Shown one piece after another: positions 8,094-15,966 of a stretch of DNA of 20,000 nt. Location of the stretch: the sequence record SRR22947727_95; one strand, 5' to 3'. The position numbers and the translations under genes were made by a program. The notes below the pieces were generated by a model. That model was not told the DNA's origin and did no database searches. It saw only the letters and a program-made list of their open reading frames with translations. Each line of letters opens with the position of its first letter. Positions within the stretch are counted from its first letter, which is position 1.

Positions 8094-9875
8094 TTACATA
8101 CGTTCTGGGGCTTCAATTCCTAAAATATTTAAAGCCTTTTCCAATTGTAGCAATGTTAGTTTAGCTAATGACAATCGAGAACTTTGTAAAGGTTTAGGTA
8201 TTTCTTCAGAAAGTATAGGGCAGTCAGCATAAAACCTCGAAAATGCCTGTGCCACTCTATAAACATGATCACATAAAATATGCGGTGAATATTTAACCCC
8301 AGCAATTGAAACTGATTTTCCGAAAGCATCTAATGCAATTAACAGCTGCTGTTCGGAACTATGGGATAAATCAATACTTTGGTCTTCTAAAACAATATTC
8401 GCAGATACAGCCTTTCTAAGTATAGATTTGATACGCACAACTGCATAAAGTAAATAAGGTCCAGTTTTACCTTCAAAAGATGTGAAACGCACAGGGTCGA
8501 ATATATAATTAGTAAGTCTTTGGTTCTGCAAGTCTGCAAATTTTAGAGCTGCTAAGCCAACCTTACGTGCAATTTCTAATCTTTCATGATAATCAAAACC
8601 TATACCAATTCCAGATTCTTCCAATCTTTTTCTTGCAGAATTATTCATAATATCCAAGAGATCCTGCAAACGTAAAACACCACCCTCTCGAGTTTTGAAT
8701 GGTTTGCCATCCTTACCATTCATAGTACCAAAGCCTACATGAATTAGTTGATCAGGGTGAAACCAACCCGCCTTAGATGCAGCACGAAAAACTTGTTCAA
8801 AATGTAGTGCTTGTCTCTGGTCAACAACATAAATTATAAGGTCTGGGTTATTTGTCTCTTTTCTATCCACTAACGTAGCCATGTCAGTAGTATGATATAA
8901 TACTGCACCAGAACTAGCCAGAAGCATTAAAGGCGGTATATCTAATTTTTCATTTTCTTCCTGAACTCTTATTATTAAAGCGCCATTATCTTCTTCAGTT
9001 ATATTTTTCAGCTTAAGTTCTTTAATCATATCGGGTATTAATGGGTCAACGCACGCTTCACCTTTCCATAAGTCAAATTCTACTCCAAGTTTTCCATATC
9101 CAACCTTTAATGCAGCTACCGATACAGATATAAAATGCTCTAAAAGAGCACGATACCCTAACCTACCTGATTGCAATTCAGCGGTGGCAGTTCTTGATAG
9201 TTCCATTCTATCATCATCATTTTTTGCAGCTGCACTCGCTTGAGGATAAAGTCGAGCTAAATCATCCATATTTACAGGAGATATATCAGGGAAATCTGAA
9301 GTAATATTTTCATCAAAATATGGTAAGTTAGGCTGTTCGATTTGTAATTCAGATATGAGATGACCCATCTGCAAACCCCAATCACCCATGTGTACATCAC
9401 CAATGACATTATGTCCTTGGGCTCGCAAAATTCTTTTTATAGACTCTCCAATTACTGCCGATCTAAGATGTCCAACATGCATAGGTTTTGCGACATTAGC
9501 TCCACCATAATCAATTATAATTGATAAGGGCAATTCCTGCTTAATACCAAGATTCTTATCAAAAAGAAGCTCCAAGGCACGATCACGCAATGAGTTAACT
9601 GAAGGAAAAATATTTATAAAACCTGGACCCCCAATTTCTAATTTATCAATCATTGGGTGGTTTTGAAGGTTTTTAATGACTAATGATGCAACATCTGATG
9701 GAGAAACATATGTTCCCCGTTTTTTAGATATGCCTGAAGCACGCATAGCACCATTACATTGATAAGGTGCAATGCCACGAAAACTTTCTTGCACACCCCC
9801 AAGTTCTCCGGGGTAACCTATAGTGATAAAAGCTTCTCGGAATAACTCGTCAAATGTCTCTAATATTGATTGCAT
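8094..9875 (-). CDS. argS: Arginine--tRNA ligase
   Basis: HIGH-type motif in IDYGGANVAKPMHVGHLRS, GDWGLQ, KMSKS-equivalent KPFKTREG, FEGKTGPYLLY and C-terminal PERM. Confidence 0.98.
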   Translation of the reverse strand: MQSILETFDELFREAFITIGYPGELGGVQESFRGIAPYQCNGAMRASGISKKRGTYVSPSDVASLVIKNLQNHPMIDKLEIGGPGFINIFPSVNSLRDRALELLFDKNLGIKQELPLSIIIDYGGANVAKPMHVGHLRSAVIGESIKRILRAQGHNVIGDVHMGDWGLQMGHLISELQIEQPNLPYFDENITSDFPDISPVNMDDLARLYPQASAAAKNDDDRMELSRTATAELQSGRLGYRALLEHFISVSVAALKVGYGKLGVEFDLWKGEACVDPLIPDMIKELKLKNITEEDNGALIIRVQEENEKLDIPPLMLLASSGAVLYHTTDMATLVDRKETNNPDLIIYVVDQRQALHFEQVFRAASKAGWFHPDQLIHVGFGTMNGKDGKPFKTREGGVLRLQDLLDIMNNSARKRLEESGIGIGFDYHERLEIARKVGLAALKFADLQNQRLTNYIFDPVRFTSFEGKTGPYLLYAVVRIKSILRKAVSANIVLEDQSIDLSHSSEQQLLIALDAFGKSVSIAGVKYSPHILCDHVYRVAQAFSRFYADCPILSEEIPKPLQSSRLSLAKLTLLQLEKALNILGIEAPERM

Positions 9876-9884
9876 TATTAAATC

Positions 9885-10475
9885 TTAGCTCTGACCGGCT
9901 GAAACACGAAAGCGTTTTCCTTGTATATTAAATTCCCTTTGCTCTGGAGTTAAAATGAAGCCTACAATGATTTCAAAATTTTCTCCAGATGTACCAGCGT
10001 TAGCACGAGGGATAGTTATTTTATTTATACGTTCTGTTATGGTAACTCTATTTTTACCAGACGGGAACTTCACTTGGATAGGGAAAGTTTTCTTATTTAT
10101 TACCCCAATGTTTTTGCGGGTAACAGCTACAAAGTATTCATATTCAATGGTAGTCTGAGTGTTGGATGCTGGACCACGCCCAAAACTTATATCCATCTCG
10201 AGATCTCCCTCTATAGGTTTGTCACCATAATAACGACAAAGACTACGAATTTTTTGAAATTCACCTGTAAAGCTAACATTTGAAAAAGTCTCAGCATCAC
10301 CGGAAAACTCCACTATACGTGATGCATCATAGAGAGCAAAAGCTCTAGGACACGGCCCTGGATTAGCATCAGCTGCCTCACCGATCTGCAAAATTTCTTG
10401 CGTGCTTCTACAGCCACCGAAATTTATCAATAGTATTGTAAAAAATATTAGTATTACTATTTTCGGAAATTGCAT
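9885..10475 (-). CDS. Putative lipoprotein of unknown function
   Basis: 196 aa; signal peptide with lipobox FGG-C (Cys22), NPGPCP motif and a beta-rich body; 9 nt upstream of argS, divergent from ispH. Confidence 0.75.
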   Translation of the reverse strand: MQFPKIVILIFFTILLINFGGCRSTQEILQIGEAADANPGPCPRAFALYDASRIVEFSGDAETFSNVSFTGEFQKIRSLCRYYGDKPIEGDLEMDISFGRGPASNTQTTIEYEYFVAVTRKNIGVINKKTFPIQVKFPSGKNRVTITERINKITIPRANAGTSGENFEIIVGFILTPEQREFNIQGKRFRVSAGQS

Positions 10476-10611
10476 TATATTATCCCAAATTTATTAAATA
10501 TCCAGAGCTTCACTATAGCTTGATTGGAATGAGTCTGCTAGGTCATAACAGATATAAATACGTCTGCAACGCTGAAGATTAAGTATAGCAATTAATTTGG
10601 AGATAATAGTT

Positions 10612-11565
10612 ATGGAGAATAGCACCTCAAAAACAGTGCTTTTAGCAGCTCCTAGAGGTTTTTGTGCAGGGGTAGACAGAGCTATTCAAATAGTAGAAAA
10701 GTCAATTCAAAAATACGGAACCCCTGTATACGTGCGACATGAAATTGTTCACAATCGTCATGTGGTTAATAAACTAGTTAATTTAGGTGCTATTTTTGTT
10801 GAGACATTAGAGGATTGTCCTAATGATAGACCCGTCGTTTTTTCTGCTCATGGTGTTCCAAAGTCAGTTCCAAGAAAAGCAGAAGCAAGAGCAATGAATT
10901 TTCTTGATGCAACATGCCCACTTGTATCCAAAGTCCATGTTGAAGCTGAAAAACATGCTAAATCTGGTCATCATATTTTATTAATAGGGCACTCAGGACA
11001 CCCCGAAGTCGTAGGAACTATGGGACAATTACCTGATGGTAATATAACCCTTATTGAGACCGAAAAAGATGCTCTGAATTTTAATTCAGAAGCCTATGAT
11101 AGTCTTGCTCTAGTAACACAAACAACACTTTCCGTTGACGACACATTCCATATAATCAGCATATTAAAAGATCGCTTTCCAAATATAGCCTTACCGTACA
11201 AAGAAGATATATGCTACGCTACAACAAATAGACAGACAGCAGTTAAAGCAATAGCAGAGAAATGTGATTTATTACTTGTAATAGGTTCAATAACTTCTTC
11301 TAACTCAAAACGTCTCGTCGAAGTAGGAGATAAAGCAGGAGCAAAAAATTCAATGTTAATTTCAAGTTCTGAAAGTATAGACTGGGAAATTGTAGACAAA
11401 GCAGATATTATTGGTCTTTCTGCAGGAGCAAGTGCCCCAGAATACTTAACGGATGGAGTTATAGCAGCTTTAAAATCAAGATATAAAATCGAAATCAATG
11501 AAGTAGAGGTTACCAAGGAAAAGGTAATCTTTCGTTTGCCAAGAAAGTTACTTGACGTTGGATAA
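10612..11565 (+). CDS. ispH: 4-hydroxy-3-methylbut-2-enyl diphosphate reductase
   Basis: [39 protein letters not shown] and SSNS motifs (three Fe-S Cys). ATG 10612 is preceded by GGAG (ORF track uses TTG 10597). Confidence 0.98.
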   Translation: MENSTSKTVLLAAPRGFCAGVDRAIQIVEKSIQKYGTPVYVRHEIVHNRHVVNKLVNLGAIFVETLEDCPNDRPVVFSAHGVPKSVPRKAEARAMNFLDATCPLVSKVHVEAEKHAKSGHHILLIGHSGHPEVVGTMGQLPDGNITLIETEKDALNFNSEAYDSLALVTQTTLSVDDTFHIISILKDRFPNIALPYKEDICYATTNRQTAVKAIAEKCDLLLVIGSITSSNSKRLVEVGDKAGAKNSMLISSSESIDWEIVDKADIIGLSAGASAPEYLTDGVIAALKSRYKIEINEVEVTKEKVIFRLPRKLLDVG

Positions 11566-12028
11566 AAAAATAAAATTAACAATTTATACCGATGGCGCAT
11601 GTTCTGGAAACCCTGGTCCTGGAGGCTGGGGAGTTTTATTACAATATGGCGATAAAGAAAAAACATTAAAAGGCGGTGATCCTAAAACTACTAATAATCG
11701 CATGGAAATGATGGCAGCAATAAAAGCTATAGAATCAGTAAATAAAACCTATACTGGTGAAATTATTTTATGGACAGATAGTACCTATGTTATGAAAGGC
11801 ATTACCGAATGGATACATGGTTGGAAAAAGAAGAACTGGGTTAAGTCGGATAAAAAGCCTGTTGTTAATACTGACCTGTGGAAAGTACTGGATAACCTCA
11901 ACTCGAAGAGAAATATTCAATGGAATTGGGTCAAAGGGCATGCAGGTGTTGCCGGAAACGAACGCGCAGACGAGTTAGCGCGCCAAGGGCTTGAAGAAAT
12001 GAGGTCTGCAAATAAGATACCGACTTAA
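11552..12028 (+). CDS. rnhA: Ribonuclease HI
   Basis: [31 protein letters not shown] and NERADELA motifs. The TTG start (11552 or 11558) overlaps the ispH 3' end. Confidence 0.98.
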   Translation: MTLDKKIKLTIYTDGACSGNPGPGGWGVLLQYGDKEKTLKGGDPKTTNNRMEMMAAIKAIESVNKTYTGEIILWTDSTYVMKGITEWIHGWKKKNWVKSDKKPVVNTDLWKVLDNLNSKRNIQWNWVKGHAGVAGNERADELARQGLEEMRSANKIPT

Positions 12029-12044
12029 TCAAAATAGTTTATAA

Positions 12045-12527
12045 TTAAATTTTCTCTAACAAATAATCTGCTGCTGATACTTTAAATTCCCCACCCTTTT
12101 CAACGAAAACATTTTCGACAACTAAATCATTAACTACCATAGCATATCTTTGGGAACGACTTCCCATGCCGAACCCAGACCCATCCAACTCAAGTCCTAT
12201 AGTTTTTGCAAAAATACCATTGCCATCCGCTAAAAGTATTATTTCCCCTGTAAGGCCTTGATCCTTACCCCATGCATCCATAACAAAAACGTCATTTACC
12301 GAGGTACATGCTATTGTGTCTATTCCCTTATCTTTAAATTCATTCACTAGATCCTTATAACCTGGAAGGTGTTTTGCAGAACAAGTTGGTGTAAATGCGC
12401 CGGGGACAGCAAATAGCGCTACTCTTTTTCCATTAAAAATTGTATTTGTATCTATAGGTTCAGGACCATCAGATCCCATAGTCATAAAAGTAGCTGAAGG
12501 AAGTTTATCACCTTTTTGTATAGACAT
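12045..12527 (-). CDS. Peroxiredoxin, Prx5/AHP1-like (redoxin family)
   Basis: PGAFTPTCSAKHLP peroxidatic motif, SVNDVFVM and RSQRYA; AGGAG RBS. Confidence 0.95.
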   Translation of the reverse strand: MSIQKGDKLPSATFMTMGSDGPEPIDTNTIFNGKRVALFAVPGAFTPTCSAKHLPGYKDLVNEFKDKGIDTIACTSVNDVFVMDAWGKDQGLTGEIILLADGNGIFAKTIGLELDGSGFGMGSRSQRYAMVVNDLVVENVFVEKGGEFKVSAADYLLEKI

Positions 12528-12636
12528 GTTTTCTCCTATATTAAATATACACCTTTTAGTCTTATAATAAGTTCCATTACAAGGTTAAGATAATATTATT
12601 TTTTGATTGTTTAAAGAAATAGACCTTAATAAGTCC

Positions 12637-13215
12637 TCAAGCATAGTTGTCTGATAAAATCTTTGAGAAAATATAATGATCTTCCCAATTACCATTAATT
12701 TTTAAATTCTTACGTAAAATTCCTTCTTCTTTGAAACCCAAAGCTTTAAGAATAGAAATAGATGGAGCATTTTTGACCATAACCGCGGCTTCTACTCTAT
12801 TTAAAGACAACTCATTAAAGCAATAATTTGTAACTGCTAATACAGCTGATTTACCAAAATTTAAACCGGAGTATTCTTTCCCAATCCAATATCCAATTTT
12901 TGCTGTCTGCGATATATTTCTTTGAATATCTAAAATATTACAAACACCTATCATTCGTTTATCTTTCGAACGAAAAACATAAAAGGGCAGAGCTTTTCCA
13001 AGGCGGGCCATCTTATTATAACTTTTTAATCTCGTTAAATAATGTTTTTTCACTAACTTAAGGTTGTTGAACTCTGGTTCCCAAGGCTTCAGATATTCTT
13101 GATTATGTTTTCTTAAACTAACCCATTCATTAAAATTTGATTTGACAGGCTGGCATAAAACTACCGATGCTCCGCACCAATTACCCTCTAGAGTAATATT
13201 TTTATTAATTTTCAT
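12637..13215 (-). CDS. RimJ/RimL-family GNAT N-acetyltransferase
   Basis: LKPWEP, AKIGYWIG, LNRVEAAV..N..S..L..LGF.EEG and LKINGNWEDH motifs; overlaps the surf1 stop by 11 nt. Confidence 0.9.
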   Translation of the reverse strand: MKINKNITLEGNWCGASVVLCQPVKSNFNEWVSLRKHNQEYLKPWEPEFNNLKLVKKHYLTRLKSYNKMARLGKALPFYVFRSKDKRMIGVCNILDIQRNISQTAKIGYWIGKEYSGLNFGKSAVLAVTNYCFNELSLNRVEAAVMVKNAPSISILKALGFKEEGILRKNLKINGNWEDHYIFSKILSDNYA

Positions 13216-13942
13216 TATAGAATTTTAGCCTACCTGCCCTGTGATGAATAATTAAATATATTATTAGTAAAATAATTGCAAAACTATACCATGTAAGCAT
13301 GTAATCCATATGATTATTTCTAATATCCGGCCTCATTGCTTTCAAGGAAGTGTTACTGAGACTCGTAGATTTAACATCAATATAAAATCTCATATCAGCA
13401 TCAATATCCGCTAAATCATTCCACCCATGACTATCTGGCAATTGATTAAAACCAAACCACCTATTTTCTTCAGGAGTATTTTTGGGTGCACCTGTTGTAA
13501 CTTCTCGTGCTAATCTAACATAACCAACGATTGGTAAGTTATTTCTGTTTACATAGTTTTTGTATCTTAATTTATCACTATCACTAATAGTCTCAAGGCT
13601 AGCAAACACTGTAACGCCTGAGCTGGTAATAGGTTTAAATACTCTCCAATTTATATTCCTATTTTCTGCACTAAAAACAAAAAAGTGAGAGCTAGAATTT
13701 TGACTACTGCTGGTTAGAATTATACGACGAAAATCAACCGGAGACGAACTAGAAATGGCTTTTTGTACTTCTTCTAGTGAGGAAAATGGTTCAGAAACTG
13801 CCGCACTTTCAACTTCAGCAAGCAATTTAGTTTTCCATTTGAGGCGTTCGTACTGCCATGTTCCAAGATTAATAAGAATTAATAAAATAGAGATCACAAT
13901 GACTGTTAGCCATGGCATAGGATTAAAGTGTATTTTCCTCAA
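13205..13942 (-). CDS. surf1: SURF1-family cytochrome oxidase assembly protein
   Basis: N-terminal TM plus LGTWQYERLKWK; C-terminal NNHMDYMLTWY plus TM; TTG start; located in the cox cluster. Confidence 0.93.
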   Translation of the reverse strand: MRKIHFNPMPWLTVIVISILLILINLGTWQYERLKWKTKLLAEVESAAVSEPFSSLEEVQKAISSSSPVDFRRIILTSSSQNSSSHFFVFSAENRNINWRVFKPITSSGVTVFASLETISDSDKLRYKNYVNRNNLPIVGYVRLAREVTTGAPKNTPEENRWFGFNQLPDSHGWNDLADIDADMRFYIDVKSTSLSNTSLKAMRPDIRNNHMDYMLTWYSFAIILLIIYLIIHHRAGRLKFYNEN

Positions 13943-14043
13943 AGTTCTATCTTTGAAGATTTAACTTCACCACATTTAGGGCAAAGCCCCCTAAACCCTG
14001 TGGCAAATGGAGATAACCCTTCTCTGCTAATGAGCAGCTCCAT
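13939..14043 (-). pseudogene. Truncated DUF983-like remnant / 34-aa small ORF
   Basis: Manual translation MELLISREGLSPFATGFRGLCPKCGEVKSSKIEL*. SP..TG.RG.CP.CGE matches the DUF983 N-terminus as I recall it, and the ORF is at the usual DUF983 position between ctaE and surf1. The second CxxC and the TM helices are absent. Confidence 0.75.
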
Positions 14044-14992
14044 TCATAGCAAATATGATGTATACAAAAGCAAAGAGAAATAACCAAACAACATCTACAA
14101 AATGCCAGTACCAAGCAGCTGCTTCAAAACCAAAGTGTTTTTCTGGTTTAAAGCCACCCTTCAGTAACCTCACCCAACACACGAATAAAAATATTGTACC
14201 TATTAAAACATGGAATCCGTGGAAGCCTGTCGCCATGAAGAAGGCTGATCCATAAGCATTATTTCCAATCCAGGCCTCGTGACCACTTTCACGTAAATGA
14301 AATAACTCAGCATATTCGATCAATTGCAACCAAGTAAATATAACGCCTAAGGCTATCGTAAGGAATAATCCCCATTTTGCTCCTTTACGATCATTATGCA
14401 TCAAAGCATGATGAGCCCAAGTAACAGTCGTTCCCGAAAGTAACAACACCAATGTGTTCATTAAGGGCAAATGCCAAGGGTCAACTGATGTAACACCAGG
14501 GGCCATTGACTCTGCATAACCAGCTGCATTCTCAAGAATATCTGGATTCCAAGTAGCTCGTACCTTATGAAAAAGGCCTAATTCAAAAAACATCCAAAAC
14601 CATCCAACAAAAAACATTGCTTCTTGCATGATAAACATAATCATACCGTAGCGCAGTCCAATGTCTACAACTGGAGTATGATCACCGGCTTCTGATTCAG
14701 CAGCTACATCTTTCCACCAGCCATACATCACATAAGCAGCAAATAGACAACCAACCAAAAGGATTATCCATCCACCAGAGATTGAGCCGTCACCGATTAA
14801 TGATGATTTTAAAGTATCTAATCCGTTGGCAAAAAACCATTCTGTCATGGGAGATTCGCCTGTTCGGTCAACTAGACCAGCAAAAAACGTAACCATTCCA
14901 AGTCCCCAGACCAATGCAGCACATCCAGATAAAAATGGCCACGGGCTTGGCGGTATTAAGTGATAATCGTGTTCAACAGCATGACCGGCCAT
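14027..14992 (-). CDS. ctaE: Cytochrome c oxidase subunit III
   Basis: HDYHL..PSPWP, WWKDV, HTPVV..GLRYG, NTLVLLLSG, FFMATGFHGFHV and AAWYWHFVDVVWLFL motifs. ATG 14992 is preceded by GAGG (ORF track extends to 15016). Confidence 0.97.
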   Translation of the reverse strand: MAGHAVEHDYHLIPPSPWPFLSGCAALVWGLGMVTFFAGLVDRTGESPMTEWFFANGLDTLKSSLIGDGSISGGWIILLVGCLFAAYVMYGWWKDVAAESEAGDHTPVVDIGLRYGMIMFIMQEAMFFVGWFWMFFELGLFHKVRATWNPDILENAAGYAESMAPGVTSVDPWHLPLMNTLVLLLSGTTVTWAHHALMHNDRKGAKWGLFLTIALGVIFTWLQLIEYAELFHLRESGHEAWIGNNAYGSAFFMATGFHGFHVLIGTIFLFVCWVRLLKGGFKPEKHFGFEAAAWYWHFVDVVWLFLFAFVYIIFAMNGAAH

Positions 14993-15087
14993 AAATACCT
15001 CAAGATTTAAATGCACCTACGATTCGAAGATGCTTATTTCCATCATCCTATAAACAAGGTCCGTGCAGCCTGCAATACTCTAGTGTG

Positions 15088-15651
15088 TTAGTTTAGTACC
15101 TCGCGGCCTTGCGCCGCAGTTAGATTCTCATTTGCACTTTTAACATCAAAAAAAGTATATGAGAGAGTTATATCCTTCACATCAGCTAATCTTTGATCTT
15201 CATCTAATTGTGGATCAACAAAAAATATAACTGGCATTGATAACTCTTGGCCAGGTTCAATACGTTGTTCTGTAAAGCAAAAACATTCTGTTTTTATAAA
15301 AAAAGGTGCAGCCTTTATAGGGGTTACATTAAATGTAGCAGTACCAATCAAAGCTTTATTACTAGTATTTTTAACTTTGTAATACGCCAGCCCTGTTTGA
15401 CCAAGCTTTATAGACATGTCAGATTGCTCAGGTGAAAACTCCCAAGGGAGACCATTTACATTTGAATCAAAATTTACTTTCACAGCGCGCTCTAAAATCT
15501 CTGAGAAATTGTCTTTTGAATACCCAGTAGTACCCCCGTAACCAGTTATTCGACAAAACGTATCGTATAGAGGTTTAGACGCAAACCCTAAACCAAGCAT
15601 TGAAAAGCATAAAACTATTAAAAGCGATAGAGTTTTTCTATTAGCTGACAT
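15088..15651 (-). CDS. ctaG: Cytochrome c oxidase assembly protein CtaG/Cox11
   Basis: PLYDTFCRITGYGGT, Cu-binding ECFCF and ITLSYTFF motifs. Likely start is ATG 15651 (MSANRK), overlapping the stop of the upstream small ORF. Confidence 0.96.
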   Translation of the reverse strand: MSANRKTLSLLIVLCFSMLGLGFASKPLYDTFCRITGYGGTTGYSKDNFSEILERAVKVNFDSNVNGLPWEFSPEQSDMSIKLGQTGLAYYKVKNTSNKALIGTATFNVTPIKAAPFFIKTECFCFTEQRIEPGQELSMPVIFFVDPQLDEDQRLADVKDITLSYTFFDVKSANENLTAAQGREVLN

Positions 15652-15805
15652 TAGGGATATTTCCACTTGAAACCATTGTAATAAATACAAACGCCATAAA
15701 CAAGCTCAAACCAACGGCTATTGCAATGCTTCGCTTTCTACGGGCATCCAGTTCATCTTCGGATGGCTTGTGAAAATCCGTGGGTTTATTTCTATATTCT
15801 CTCAT
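15641..15805 (-). CDS. Small single-TM membrane protein, CoxF-like (54 aa; absent from the ORF track)
   Basis: Manual translation MREYRNKPTDFHKPSEDELDARRKRSIAIAVGLSLFMAFVFITMVSSGNIPNVS*. An RRKRSIAIA basic patch followed by a TM helix, directly upstream of ctaG, as in alphaproteobacterial cox operons. Confidence 0.85.
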   Translation of the reverse strand: MREYRNKPTDFHKPSEDELDARRKRSIAIAVGLSLFMAFVFITMVSSGNIPNVS

Positions 15806-15966
15806 AACTTTATCTCATAAATGTGGATGCAACAGTACTTACTACAATCTATCAACGCATACCGTATGGCGTAGTGTCGCTTATTGAATAAAATTTTTTA
15901 TAGAGATAATTTGCATTATAATTACTGTCATGCCATTAGTTTACTTACTATTACGGGTATTCCTTT

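Noticed and set aside
11214..11666. 150-aa antisense ORF across ispH/rnhA
   Set aside because: Entirely overlaps two conserved genes on the opposite strand; no family signature; not a thrB remnant.
15810..15818. Minus-strand mini-ORF ATG AGA TAA and TTATGAGA duplication just upstream of the coxF-like start
   Set aside because: Two codons and an 8-nt repeat; no partner copy noticed at the other DUF885 boundary, so not supportable as a target-site duplication or leader peptide.
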